Assembly: GCA_951406725.2 (NCBI GenBank)
Contig: OX597823.1
Coordinates: 34,720,001-34,784,000 of the forward strand
Direction: 5' to 3'
DNA length: 64,000 nt
Source: Octopus vulgaris
Taxonomy: Eukaryota
The notes beneath the pieces were generated by a model. The model searched no databases, was not told the DNA's origin, and saw nothing but the letters and a program-made list of their open reading frames with translations. Shown one piece after another: positions 12,178-24,559 of this stretch. A program made the position numbers and the translations under genes. Within the stretch, counting starts at the first letter, position 1, and the number at the start of each line of letters is the position of its first letter.

Positions 12178-13936
12178 TCTATGCGTGTTGTTATCTGTGA
12201 CTAGACGGTGAAGTTTTTTCTGTGTAAATTGATTTAATATCGCGCGTGGCGTTTGCCTCCACGTGTGGAAACCTTCCGAAGAAGGTGAATTGACCCTCCA
12301 GTCATGGCGACTTACGCGGGGGTCACCGGGAAAAATAACGATTCGGCGATAATCATAAAGGAGGTTTTCTTTGAGAAGGATAAACTCAAAGAATATGAAA
12401 AGCTCTTCAAAAGGGAGGGTGATAGCGTGAAGCTAATCCCCCCGCGAAAGCAAAAGAGGACAAAGAAAGCAAGACAGTGACATACAGAACCCAAGACAAA
12501 AATACGAAGAAACTGGCAAGAGTGGAGATAGCCGAAATTGAAAAATGTCTGGGAGACATAATGGGGAAAATAACCTATGTGAGTAGAGGCAAGAAATTTG
12601 GTACGGTGGAGGTGAGATGTGCAACGGAAGAAATTGCAGCCTCACTGGCTACCACTGTACTAAGAGCCGAAAAATTCACAATGTGGCCCTCATACAAGGG
12701 AAGAAGAGGGGTCCGGGTTAAAATCCCGAATATACCCCCAGAAGTGAAAACAGAATGGCTGGCAACAGCTATTCTAGGAGCAGCAGAAGAGGAAGTGGAG
12801 GTGGAATCTATTAAGGAGTCCAACGCGGTAAACTGGAGAGGATATGGGGTAGAACTGTGTTTGATGGCCACAAAAGAGGATATTGAAAGGTTCCCCTACA
12901 GAATTGAAATTGAAGAGGAAAAAACCCTCAGTGTAATTGTAGAGGGAAGAAAACCAAACTGTTACTTGTGTGGGACAAGGGGGCACATTAAAAAAGAGTG
13001 CCCGTTATACGAATTCGTAGCGGAGTGCGAGCAGGAACTTGAAGAAAAGAAGAATACTGTAAATGAAAAAGAAAACATAGAAAAGGAAACAAAACAACAA
13101 GAGAAAGGAAATAATAAGTCAATGAAGGAAAAAGAAATAAAAGAAAAGAAAGAAATAGAACCAAAACAGAGTCAGGAAAAAAAAAGGAAAAAGAAACAAC
13201 AGGAAAAAAACAAGAGAGAGATCAGAATCAAACGAAAAGAAAAGACGGCACACAAAAGGAAAAAGAAAAGGAACATAAAACACGAGAGAAAGAGAGAACA
13301 GACAAAGAACCAAAAAGACAAGAGAAGGAAGGAGAAAGAAAAGAAGGCAAAAAGAGAGAAAGAGAGAAACAAAGAGAGGAGAACAAGGAAGAAATAAGCC
13401 CGAAAAGAAAATGAAGGAAAACGTAGGACGGAAACAAGATTACTACTACTACAAGTTAATAACCTTCCATTTCTGCCCTGAAATGAAAGACTTGACATGG
13501 AATACGGAGGGACATATATGGGTCGACAGGAATACCGATCAGTGGCAGGAGACTGCTCTAATCCCCGAAGAAAGAGTCGCTGAGTTCCTCAGAGCTGCCG
13601 GAGAGAGTGTAATATTTTACACGAAGGTTCGAATGAGAGAGCGGCCGCCTGAGGGCTCAGTGATTGACTTTAGAGAATTGAAAGCTATTATGGAATATGT
13701 ATAGAATTGTGAGAAGAAAAAAAAAGTGAAAAAAGAAAATTTTGTGAAATATATGTGACGAAAATGTAACCTCTCGATTCCGGGGATCGAGTGGGCATTT
13801 ACATCTCATTGTAAATATTCTTTCATATGTCATTTTTTACTTTTATTTTTTCCTTTTCTTGTCATTCGCTTTCTTATTTTAAGTTCCCCGATTGTATTGT
13901 CCCTCTATGTGGCCCCTAGTGGGTAATAAAGAAATA
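12178..13936 (+). mobile_element. ORF1-only non-autonomous non-LTR element, copy 1 (HAL1-like; ~32 nt 5'-truncated relative to copy 2)
   Basis: 5'UTR, one gag-like ORF, ~230-nt 3'UTR ending in the Tx1-like tail. No endonuclease or RT sequence. Bounded by CCGATAGGA on both sides. Confidence 0.8.
12304..13704 (+). CDS. ORF1 (gag-like nucleic-acid-binding protein with CCHC knuckle), frameshifted in the assembly
   Basis: ATG 12304 MATYAGVTGK..., CYLCGTRGHIKKEC (CX2CX4HX4C), a K/E-rich linker, and a C-terminal ~90-aa domain ending at TAG 13704. Frame breaks at C6 (12438-12443), A9 (13177-13185) and ~13407. Confidence 0.7.
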
Positions 13937-13945
13937 CCGATAGGA

Positions 13946-15740
13946 GGTTTGAGTTCGGTAGGAACACGTGTCGGAAATCTATGCGTGTTGTTATCTGTGA
14001 CTAGACGGTGAAATTTTTTCTGTGTAAATTGATTTGATATCGCGCGAGGCGTTTGCCTCCACGTGTGGAAACCTTCCGAAGAAGGTGAATTGACCCTCTA
14101 GTCATGGCGACTTACGCGGGGGTCACCGGGAAAAATAACGATTCGTCGATAATCATAAAGGAGGTTTTCTTTGAGAAGGATAAACTCAAAGAATATGAAA
14201 AGCTCTTCAAAAGGGAGGGTGATAGCGTGAAGCTAATCCCCCCCCCGCGAAAGCAAAAGAGGATAAAGAAAGCAAGACAGTGACATACAGAACCCAAGAC
14301 AAAAATACGAAGAAACTGGCAAGAGTGGAGATAGCCGAAATTGAAAAATGTCTGGGAGACATAATGGGGAAAATAACCTACGTGAGTAGAGGCAAGAAAT
14401 TTGGTACGGTGGAGGTGAGATGTGCAACGGAAGAAATTGCAGCCTCACTGGCTACCACCGTACTAAGAGCCGAAAAATTCACAATGTGGCCCTCATACAA
14501 GGGAAGAAGAGGGGTCCGGGTTAAAATCCCGAATATACCCCCAGAAGTGAAAACAGAATGGCTGGCAACAGCTATTCTAGGAGCAGCAGAAGAGGAAGTG
14601 GAGGTGGAATCTATTAAGGAGTCCAACGCGGTAAACTGTAGAGGATATGGGGTAGAATTGTGGTTGATGGCCACAAAAGAGGATATTGAAAGGTTCCCCT
14701 ACAGAATTGAAATTGAAGAGGAAAAAACCCTCAGCGTAATTGTAGAGGGAAGAAAACCAAACTGTTACTTGTGTGGGACAAGGGGGCACATTAAAAAAGA
14801 GTGCCCGTTATACGAATTCGTAGCGGAGTGCGAGCAGGAACTTGAAGAAAAGAAGAATACTGTAAATGAGAAAGAAAACATAGAAAAGGAAACAAAACAA
14901 CAAGAGAAAGGAAATAATAAGTCAATGAAGGAAAAAGAAATAAAAGAAAAGAAAGAAATAGAACCAAAACAGAGTCAGGAAAAAAAAAGGAAAAAGAAAC
15001 AATAGGAAAAAAACAAGAGGGGCATCAGAATCAAACGAAAAGAAAAGACGGCACACAAAAGGAAAGGAACATAAAACACGAGAGAAAGAGAGAACAGAGA
15101 AAGAACCAAAAAGACAAGAGAAGGAAGGAGAAAGAAAAGAAGCCAAAAAGATGGAAAGAGAGAAACAAAGAGAGGAGAACAAGGAAGAAATAAGCCCGAA
15201 AAGGAAAATGAAGGAAAACGTAGGACGGAAACAAGATTACTATTACTACAAGTTAGTAACCTTCCATTTCTGCCCTGAAATGAAAGACTTGACATGTAAA
15301 ACGGAGGGACATATATGGGTCAACAGGATGACCGATCGGTGGCAGGAGACTGCTCTAATCCCCGAAGAAAGAGTCGCTGAGTTCCTCAGAGCTGCCGGGG
15401 AGAGTGTAATATTTTACACGAAGGTTCGAATGAGAGAGCGGCTGCCTGAGGGCTCAGTGATAGACTTCAGAGAAGTGGAAACTATGATAGAATACGTATA
15501 GAATTGTGAGAAGAAAAAAAGAAAAAAGAGAAAAAAGAAAATTTTGTGAAATATATGTGACGAAAATGTAACCTCTCGATTCCGGGGATCGAGTGGGCAT
15601 TTACATCTCATTGTAAATATTCTTTCATATGTCATTTTTTACTTTTATTTTTTCCTTTTCTTGTCATTCGCTTTCTTATTTTAAGTTCCCCGATTGTATT
15701 GTCCCATCTATGTTCGCCCCTAGTGGGTAATAAAGAAATA
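13946..15740 (+). mobile_element. ORF1-only non-autonomous non-LTR element, copy 2 (1795 bp)
   Basis: Highly similar but not identical to copy 1. Begins GGTTTGAGTTCGGTAGGAACACGTG after CCGATAGGA (13937-13945) and ends TAATAAAGAAATA followed by CCGATAGGATGTTACT (15741-15756). Confidence 0.8.
14104..15501 (+). CDS. ORF1 copy 2 (CCHC gag-like), continuous if one base is added to each of two homopolymers
   Basis: Same protein as copy 1. The only breaks found are C9 (14238-14246) and A9 (14980-14988). Confidence 0.7.
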
Positions 15741-15987
15741 CCGATAGGATGTTACTTATTCATCGATACTCAAAAACTGAACTTTCACCAACTGAATACT
15801 CGTCATGTAGTGCCTTACCGCTTTCTGCTGGATTTTACCTCGAGAAAGGAACCCTGAGGAAGGAGGGCTGAATTTCGAATACTTCGTACAACAAACGGCT
15901 GCAGTTTAGGAAAAAAAATGTAATCGCCTCTTTCAATTTAGGTTTTCATTTTTCATGTTTTTATTTGTATTCATTGTTATGTTTATA

Positions 15988-16470
15988 TTGAGTTATCCGG
16001 AAAGTTCGTTCCGATTTTTAAAGGAAAGTACATGGTCACTAAATACTCTTCCCAGAATTGGGGTGGTTTCAAGGCAAATAATTCATCAAGGTATCTTTTT
16101 ACGTCATCTAAGGAATTGAAATTTTCACCATTAAGACTATTCTGCAGAGACCTGAATAAGTGGAAATCCGAAGGAGTAATATCTGGTGAATATGGAGGGT
16201 GGGGTAAGTCACCCCAGCCAAGCTGCAGCAATTTTTGTCTGGTTCCCAAAGCATCAAATGCCGATAATGAATTTTTCTCATCTTTTAATTTAAAGGGTTA
16301 CAGAATTAACACAGGTTATTGGAACATAAACCTTCTTCCACGAAAAGATAGATTAAACTGTGCTCCAAATGGAGGTGTAGTCAAATCCTATTTTATGGAC
16401 TCAAACATGTTCTAAAATAAGTCGAAAGATAAGCTACTATAAATCTGCAAGAACTTTCCGGACAACCCAA
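15988..16470 (-). mobile_element. Internally deleted mariner element (483 bp) with both TIRs and TA TSD
   Basis: TIRs TTGAGTTATCCGGAAAGTTC / GAACTTTCCGGACAACCCAA, TA on both sides. Encodes LGWGDLPHPPYSPDITPSDFHLFRSLQN. Confidence 0.9.
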
Positions 16471-16870
16471 TATTTCTATATTTTTATCATGAAATTCTTA
16501 ATATAAATATGTGGATATTCGTATGGAATAATACCTCATGTGCTACATCTGAATTTTCTTGTCTGAATGTTTTAAGACAAATATCCGAAATTTTTATCGT
16601 ATACCACATTTTATTAATACTTAGCTCATATACGGAGACAAAAATGTTGTACTATATACTGCAGGTTATCTCCATTAAAATTATATTTAGCATTAGAATT
16701 CTTCAAGTAGTATAAAAATGGTTATTGTCTGCATCATTCGAAAGCGAAATAAATTTTGCATAAGGTGTAAAAGATAAAAAATAATTTGTATGGTGTTAGT
16801 AACAAAATATTTTGTAAGAAATAGAACTTTTATCGTCTGTCTTAAATATATTTTCGCCAGTGTATATATC

Positions 16871-19432
16871 TCAGGTCATCCCATAAGTTCTGTCTGAATT
16901 TTGGATAAAGAATACAAGTGATCAAATGTTATATTTAATTGAAAGTTAATCATCAATGTACTTTCCCTAATTATCTATGACTTACCTCCATCTATTTACA
17001 AGCTTTTTAATCCCATCAACGTAAAACTCTTTTGGTTTGAAAGCGAAGAACTCTGAAATGTCAGGTTCGACCTCCCCCTGGCTTGCGAAAGTTGTATCCC
17101 CCTACTAATTCTGTAAACTATGAAACAAATGGTATCCTGAAGGAGTAAGGTCGGGAGAATAAGTTGGATGAAGAAATTTTTCCAAACCGACCCCTTCGAT
17201 CTTCTGTGATGTGATCTTTGCAGTGTGGGGTTGCGCATTGTCCTGATGAAACATCACTCGTTTTCGACTCACTAAAGCGGCTCTTTTTTCCTTCAAAGCT
17301 TGGTTCAAACGCTCTAATTGCTGACAGTAGACTTGAGCATTGATTGTTGCATTGGGTGGTAACAATATAAAGTGAATTACGCCTTTGCAATCGCACCAGA
17401 TAGAGAGTAGAACCTTTTTCCCATGAAGTTCCCTTCTCGGTTGTGGTTGAGAATTTTCCCTTTTACCAAGCCACTGTTTACGACGTCTAACATTTCGATA
17501 GAAAATCCATTTTTCATCACAAGTCTATCGAAAAAGGGTGAAATGAGTTCGCGAGAATGGAGAGAAGAGCAGATACCAACTCGGGATTTGCGGTTGCTTT
17601 CGGACAATACATAAGGCACCTATTTTCCAAGTTTAGGAACCTTTCCACGTTGTTGAAGATGACGATGAACTGTTGTATGGTTTGAAGTAAGCTTTATTGT
17701 CAATTCTTCAACTGATAATGACGGATTTTCTTCAAGTAATGCCTCGAGGAGCTTGTCAAACTCAACTGGACATCCTGTTCGATATTCATCTTCAATTTTG
17801 CAGACGATCTCCTGCAAGTTCTTTCATTCGAGCACTTTGCTATAAACTGAGTGTATGTTTCGAGTCACTTCGGCATCAGAATTACCTTTATTGTACTCAT
17901 AAAGAATTATATGTGCCTTAAATGCTCCTTGGATACTTCCATGTTGAAAGGGTTTTAATCAAAGCAATTTTAGGGTGTCCACGAAGTCTGGGTTTATGGA
18001 ATAAAATCATAACATAAACAAATAAATATAAGAAATAATAATTTTCCTTTTTTACTTTTGTTTAAATTAAATTTTAAAATACTTTACTTTTCTAAATTTA
18101 TTTGTTATTTTTTCTACAGATGATCGAATGATGGCTCTGTCTAAAGAAGAAAGAATCCCAGATCGAATGATGAATCTGTCTAAAGAAGAAAGAATCGAGT
18201 TAGTATTATTAAGTGGACGAGTAGGATGGTCTTATCGCAAAATTGCGGAAGAATTTAATCTTCCACACCCTTGTAGGCAACCTATTTATTTTACTGCCGT
18301 CAGGAAATTGATCAAGAAATTTAAAGAAACAGGCAGTGTTTCGGATAAACCCCGTTCCGGTCGACCAAAGACTTCAGATGAAACTAAAGAGGCTGTCGAG
18401 GCTAAAGTTTCTGCTAGCTAGCCCCCAAAAATCACTTCGTCGGACATCTACGGTGTTAGGTGTTCCAAAACCAACCATCCACAAAATGCTGGTTGAAGAA
18501 AAGTTTCATCGATACAACCTACAGATATTGCATCACTTAAATTAAGACGATCCTGATAGACGAATAAATTGGATGAAAATATCAATTTTACGAAAAACTT
18601 TGTGTTGTTCAGTGACAAAGCTACGTTTTATGTAAATGGTGAGGTCAACAGACAGAATCTTCTATACTGGTCTCGAGGTAATCCACATTGGATGGATCTA
18701 TCCAAACAGCAAGACAGCAAAAAGGTGATGGTGTGGTGTGGTTTTTGGAAAGCTCATGTTCTAGGACCCTTCTTCATTGAACATGTAACGGATGAGACTT
18801 ATGCAAATATATTGAGAGACAAATTAATATCTTAAATTGAGCGCCTAGGCGAGGACCTTCCGAATTGGTTTCAGCAGGATGGGGCCCCTACCCATTTTGC
18901 CACAACTGTTAGAGATTGATTTAATGACACGTTTCCTCCTCACTAGATTGGAAGAAGGGGTCATATGGAATGGTCCCTTCGTTCACCAGACCTTTCTCCC
19001 CTTGATTTCTTTTTCTGTGGTATGTTGAAAGAGAAAGTTTACTCAATAAAGATTACAGATTTAAAACACATGAGAGAACGCATTATCAGTCAGTGTGCTT
19101 AAATTGATGGCAATGTAGACTTATTTAATCAAGTTCACCTGAATTTTGCAAGGCGCATCAAGTTATGCATTGAAAATGATGGAAATCACTTTGAAAATAT
19201 TATTTATTATAATTAAATAAAATTGATTTGTTTTAAAAGTATGTGTTAATTCCCATGTATGCAAACTTTGTGGACACCGTCTATTATTTTGTAAAACAAT
19301 ATTGAATTAGTTTAAACGTACACAAATGCATAAAAATAATTTTTAATTGAATTAGACATTTGCAAATACTATTAAATTTCATTCAACTCTAAAAAACAGG
19401 TAAAATTGGACAGAACTGACTGGATGACTTGA
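16871..19432 (-). mobile_element. Decayed mariner transposon hosting a nested DD41D element
   Basis: TIRs TCAGGTCATCCCATAAGTTCTGTC / GACAGAACTGACTGGATGACTTGA. Fragments FHQDNAQPH...HPTYSPDLTPSGYHLFHSLQN and HTH-like LLEENPSLSVEEL...TTVHRHL. Confidence 0.85.
17971..19283 (+). mobile_element. Near-full-length decayed Tc1/mariner DD41D (rosa-type) transposon
   Basis: TIRs GGTGTCCACGAAGTCTG / CAAACTTTGTGGACACC. Encodes KFKETGSVSDKPRSGRP, FSDKATFYVNGEVNRQN and FQQDGAPTH...WSLRSPDLSPLDF (41 codons between the Asp residues, two of them now stops). Confidence 0.88.
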
Positions 19433-21216
19433 TATATATAATCTATGATATTCTAGTAAGTTTCAAGTTTATAACACCTTGATATCTCATGTTATCTCAT
19501 TTTATATGCCTAAGACGTTTATTTTCTATTCTGGTTTTTATATATTTCTATACATTATATTTGTATCTATAATTTATTTTAAGACGAAACATAATACGAT
19601 CCTTGTACGAATGAAAGAACAAGAATGTCCTCTGGAACGTTTATCTTCCACCGGCGTTTGTAATCGATGGTGACATGTGCGATGATTTTGCGACTATCTT
19701 ATATTTTACAGAGAAATTGGAAGGCCCGAATGTAAGTCAGCGCTTTATGCATAATTCAATATTCATAGTTCTCTATTTCTAACAGAAATTCTGTCCTCAA
19801 TAACTATAGATCTATTTCTAAATGTATTTCTTTTCCTTCATGCACTCCCGTCTGTCTCTTGACAAAGCTTTCTTTCTCCAGCGTTCACCACGTCACCTCG
19901 TTAGGGTTAAACAGCCCTTAGCGAAAATTTTGACTGTCCTGATTTTATTAGCAGCTTTGACGTGCCACGTATCTCAAATTTTATCTAATTTGGTTTGGGG
20001 GAGCAATTGCTTTGACGAAGACACATCTTGTTGCAATGCAGAGCAAGTAAAATTGCCAACATCTGAGGAAGAGTTGTTTGTTTTTTATATTTTGCCTTCA
20101 CGCTATAGTTCTCTGTGTAATTAAGATTCTTCTTCCTCTCCTTCAAAAGCCAAGCCAAGCCAAGCCACCTGTTTATAGTGGTAATAACAGAGCCATAGCG
20201 CTCACTGTGGTCTCGTAGCCGTGGACAGTGAGCCCAATGGCGCCCAGAGCCCAGCTCAACACACTCCTTATACCCTAAGTAAGTCATGTGTAAAATTTGA
20301 ATGAAATTGGTTGTGTAATTCTCAAGTTTTAGGGAAACACACAGACAGACAGACACAAATTCTCAGATACATAAAAGAATGAGAGTGGGTGATGTTTTGT
20401 TTGTTGGACCAATGTATTAAGGTAGTATTGTTTTATTGTTTTAAAACGAAAGAGGCAATGTGTTCGTTTCAAAAATAAAAAATACAAACGTCCGCCAATG
20501 GGAAGACAGTTCATATTCGATTAGAGCACTCTGGGTATAATCATAAAAGTGAAAAATGGAATTTTTAGGCAAATCAAACAGTGAAAAACTAAAAGCAAAA
20601 ACATTAAAAAAGATATAATATAGAAAATATAAAATTGAAAAATTTAAATTAAATTGAAAATAAAAATTAAATTATATTTATAATTTGTTTTAAAATATAT
20701 ATATCTATGAGAAAGTTTAATATACATAACTACAGATATATACACTTTGTATATATACATTATATATACATATTTATATATAGAACACACACACATACAT
20801 TATATATACATATTTATATATAGAACACACACACACACATACATATAAATGAACGCAAGAATATCTGATTCATAATAATTGTTCTCATGCTCGTGTGTTG
20901 TTGGTGACAGACAGATACGTAAAAGAACGCCGATGTAATGGGAAGGTAAGAAACAGAGTGAGTGAAAAAGAGAGGAAATAGCGAGTGTGACAGATACTTT
21001 AAATAACGGTAGTGGAACTATCAAAGTTATAGATAAAGGGGAGTGAGAGGGTACTGGAGGAAATAGCGTGAGTGAGGAAGATGGCCCCTAGCAACCACAC
21101 CTTTTAAGATAGGGATTTCTAAGGTAGCCCACAAGCTTCGTCACCTATTTCTACATGTCCCTGTAAATTTTGGAGCGAATCGGACGGGACGTAGTGGCAT
21201 TGAAAGCGATCCAAGC

Positions 21217-21253
<37 letters not shown>

Positions 21254-21881
21254 CTCTTATTATAAAAGGCAGATTTTATCTGCCTCCCTTTGTCTCTTAT
21301 AGAAATCTACAATATAGGATTTCTTCAATTACAATTTACCTAGCATTTTTAAGAGTAGAATGCATCGGGTCATGCCAGGTCCAGTTTTAAAAATTTCAAC
21401 CCCAATTAAGCAAAATTTAGAGAAAACCCACATTGTGGTGTGTAAGTCAAGTGCTTTTCTTATTGTGGGCTAGAGCACACGCACACACACACACACACAA
21501 AAACGGAGCGATCTGATTCACTCACGCTATCACTCTAATTTCTACTCCTTTCTCTTTGCAAGTGTGCAACGATTAAAGTGAAACTATTTCTATAAAACGA
21601 GAGAAGTGTACCTTAAACCACTACTAAAAAAAAAAACACAGCAAACAGAAACAAATAAATACATAACGATTTACTCCTCACACAATTTCTTCAATTAGAG
21701 TTTACCCATGATTTTTCAAAGTACTTCCATTGGGTCATGCCATACAAAATTTCTTTCAATTTTACCCCCAATTAAGACAAAATTCGAGAAAACTCAATAT
21801 TTTAACATTTCACTCTGCATATTACTCCCACTTCCTCTTTACACACATAGACACGCAAATATATAAATAAAATTGTAAGCT

Positions 21882-21928
<47 letters not shown>

Positions 21929-22388
21929 GTGTGAGTGTGTGTGTGAGTGTGTGTGTGTGTGTGCGTGCGTCTGTGTGTGTGAGGGTGCGTGTGTGTCTGT
22001 GTGTGTGTGTGTGCGTGTGTGTGAGTGTGTGACAGGGATGAGCAAGTCAAACTGGTCATCCTTTTTGCTAGATCACCTAACATCTAAAGTTATCTCTAAG
22101 TAGCAGTCGCCCAAAAGTGTATATAGACACACACATGTATGTATAATGTGTGTGTATATATTTCCATAGAGGTAACCATTCACTCCATACAAAGTTATTT
22201 AGGACGAATTGGACGAATATAAGATCTAAAGTATATCCAAGTAGCAGAAAGATCGCCCAAAAGTGTATATAGATATTTAAATGTATTTATATATTCATCT
22301 ATACACACATGTATGTATAATGTGTGTGTATATATTTCCATAGAGGTAACCATTCACTCCGCACAAAGTTTTTTAGGACGGACGAAAA

Positions 22389-23906
22389 TCTTTATATATA
22401 AAAGAAAGGTTGTGTGTCTGTCTACTCCGATTTAGATTCCTAACTACTCCCACATTTTGCGATGCAGTTTAACCAAAACCGGGTATCTTATAGTCGTGAT
22501 TCATATCGAGCCCTTCTGGGTATTAGCGCGCGTCTATGATGAGTCTACGATTTTAAAAATAATTTACCATCATTTTTTTCCATTTTAATGCATATTTTTT
22601 TAAATAAAGGGAAGTAACACTCAAACTTCACACCAATATGCGTGCTCATATGCGACGTAATATCACATCAGCAGCATTTCCTCACACCCCCTTGCACTTG
22701 GCGAAGGGTATGAAAATGGTAATATTGCCATCGATTCCATTTGTACCATTGTTAAGACGCCTCCTGATTTCAGAGATGCAGTGTTCCCAGATCTACAAGC
22801 TAATTATCAGAATATGGATTGGATTGGCATATGAAGACAAGTATTCTAAATAAATGTTGTTGTTCAAATGTATTGAAACTGTTACTAACGTTCCCCAAGA
22901 AAGTCAATCAAAACATTATTTGCACAATTTATGGAGATACGTGCATGATTTAGAAATATTCTTATCCGGCAGCGCAGTAATAAATAAAAACTAACGTAAA
23001 TATTTATCATATTTTGCAAGAGTTATCTCCCTTACACTTTGTCTAAATGTTATAGTCTTGAAAGATACGGTGGCGTAAGAGAAGTTACACATCATATCTA
23101 TAAAAGGCATGATGTGTGTGCGTGTGTGTGTACATAATTGTAATTTATGCACGTCCACAAATTAGCACACATGTCGCTCAACATTCTATCTGGATTTTGT
23201 CAACTTATTTTTTTCTCGAGGCACCCGCAAATAGCGGTAAAATTCTATTTTCAGCCATAGCATTTAGCCATAAAAAAATCAGCCATAGCTTTCTGACGGC
23301 GTCTAACAAAAAAAAAATACGATAAAAAAAAGTGGAAGAGGAGCAGAGAGTTTCACGGGAAAGACAAAGTGAGAGAGGGAGAGAGAGTAAGTGACGATGT
23401 TTATAAAAAAATATCAGCCATAGATTTTTGACGGCGTCTAACAAAACAAAATAAGATAAAGAAAAGTGGAAGAGAGTTTCACGGCGTCTAAACAAAAAAA
23501 AGGGAACGACAAAGTGAGAGAGGGAGAAAGAGAGCAAGTGACGACGTTCATAAAAATAAAATGTAAAATGTTTTGTTTTTTCTTAAACAAGAGATATAGT
23601 GTTCAAATTCAGGATGTTTTTGAAAGACACTATATTTTATAATCATAGTATATATACTTTCTCACACAACAATTACAATATATTTATTTTAAATCATCTA
23701 TTTATTTTAAATCGTTCATCTTTCTCCCCCCCCCCCTGTCTCTTACACACATTACTTTGGGTGCAAAAGAGTTTTGTTTTTATTTTATGCCGAGTAAAAA
23801 AGTGTTTTGTTGAGAGTCGATATTACTTAGTTTGGTTTGAAATAAGGAACTTGATTAGCTTAATAATCGTAACTTAATCCTGGGTAAGGCCGGGTTATAC
23901 TGCTAG
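22389..23906 (+). mobile_element. Non-autonomous Helitron(s) with a PIF1-like helicase remnant
   Basis: 5' TC+TATATATAAAA-type starts at 22389 and 23097. 3' hairpin CCTGGGTAAGGCCGGG followed by CTAG at 23903-23906. Remnant KLHTNMRAH...LGEG...AVFPDLQANYQNMDWIG at ~22623-22830. Internal ~130-bp tandem units at 23270-23560. Confidence 0.75.
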
Positions 23907-24027
23907 TCTTATATAAAGAAATAAATTATATACAATAATATGAGATAGACAACCGAAGGATGCTAATTTTTACTAGCAAGTAGAACTTTTTCTCGTATAC
24001 CTCGAGCGAAATCTATACTACTGAGTA

Positions 24028-24069
<42 letters not shown>

Positions 24070-24559
24070 CTGAAATGTATAGTATTATATATCCATCACA
24101 GCTGCTCTTACTAATCGGTTTCATGCAAGGGATACAATGGAGTGTTAAGTAACAATCCGATTATATAATCTTGTGTTCATTAGAGTTAGATGATTTATAT
24201 ATATATACACATATAACAATTGATGGATATGTGTCAGATCTTTACAGTCATTTCTGACGAATTTTTTAATTGATCAATGAGTACATCATACCATTGTTAG
24301 AAACCATTTTCTTCAGATAAATACATGAATTTTACAATCAAGAACATTAAAAAAAATTTTTAATCCACAGCCCATACATATTTAGTGAATCCACAATTTA
24401 ATATTCCAACCTAACTAGGTGCCTCACTTTTAAGTGCCTTACTCAACTGAACCATGTTATATATATTTATTATACAAAACCTACAAGAGAAAGAGAAAGA
24501 AAATGGAGTTTACAAGATTCTTTATTAATCATTATGATCGTTTCAACACATTGTACATT

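Noticed and set aside
12178-15740. LTR or DIRS retrotransposon, or simple tandem duplication, as the explanation of the 1.8-kb repeats
   Set aside because: No TG...CA LTRs, PBS, protease, integrase or tyrosine recombinase. The copies have different 5' ends and different lengths of flanking target duplication.
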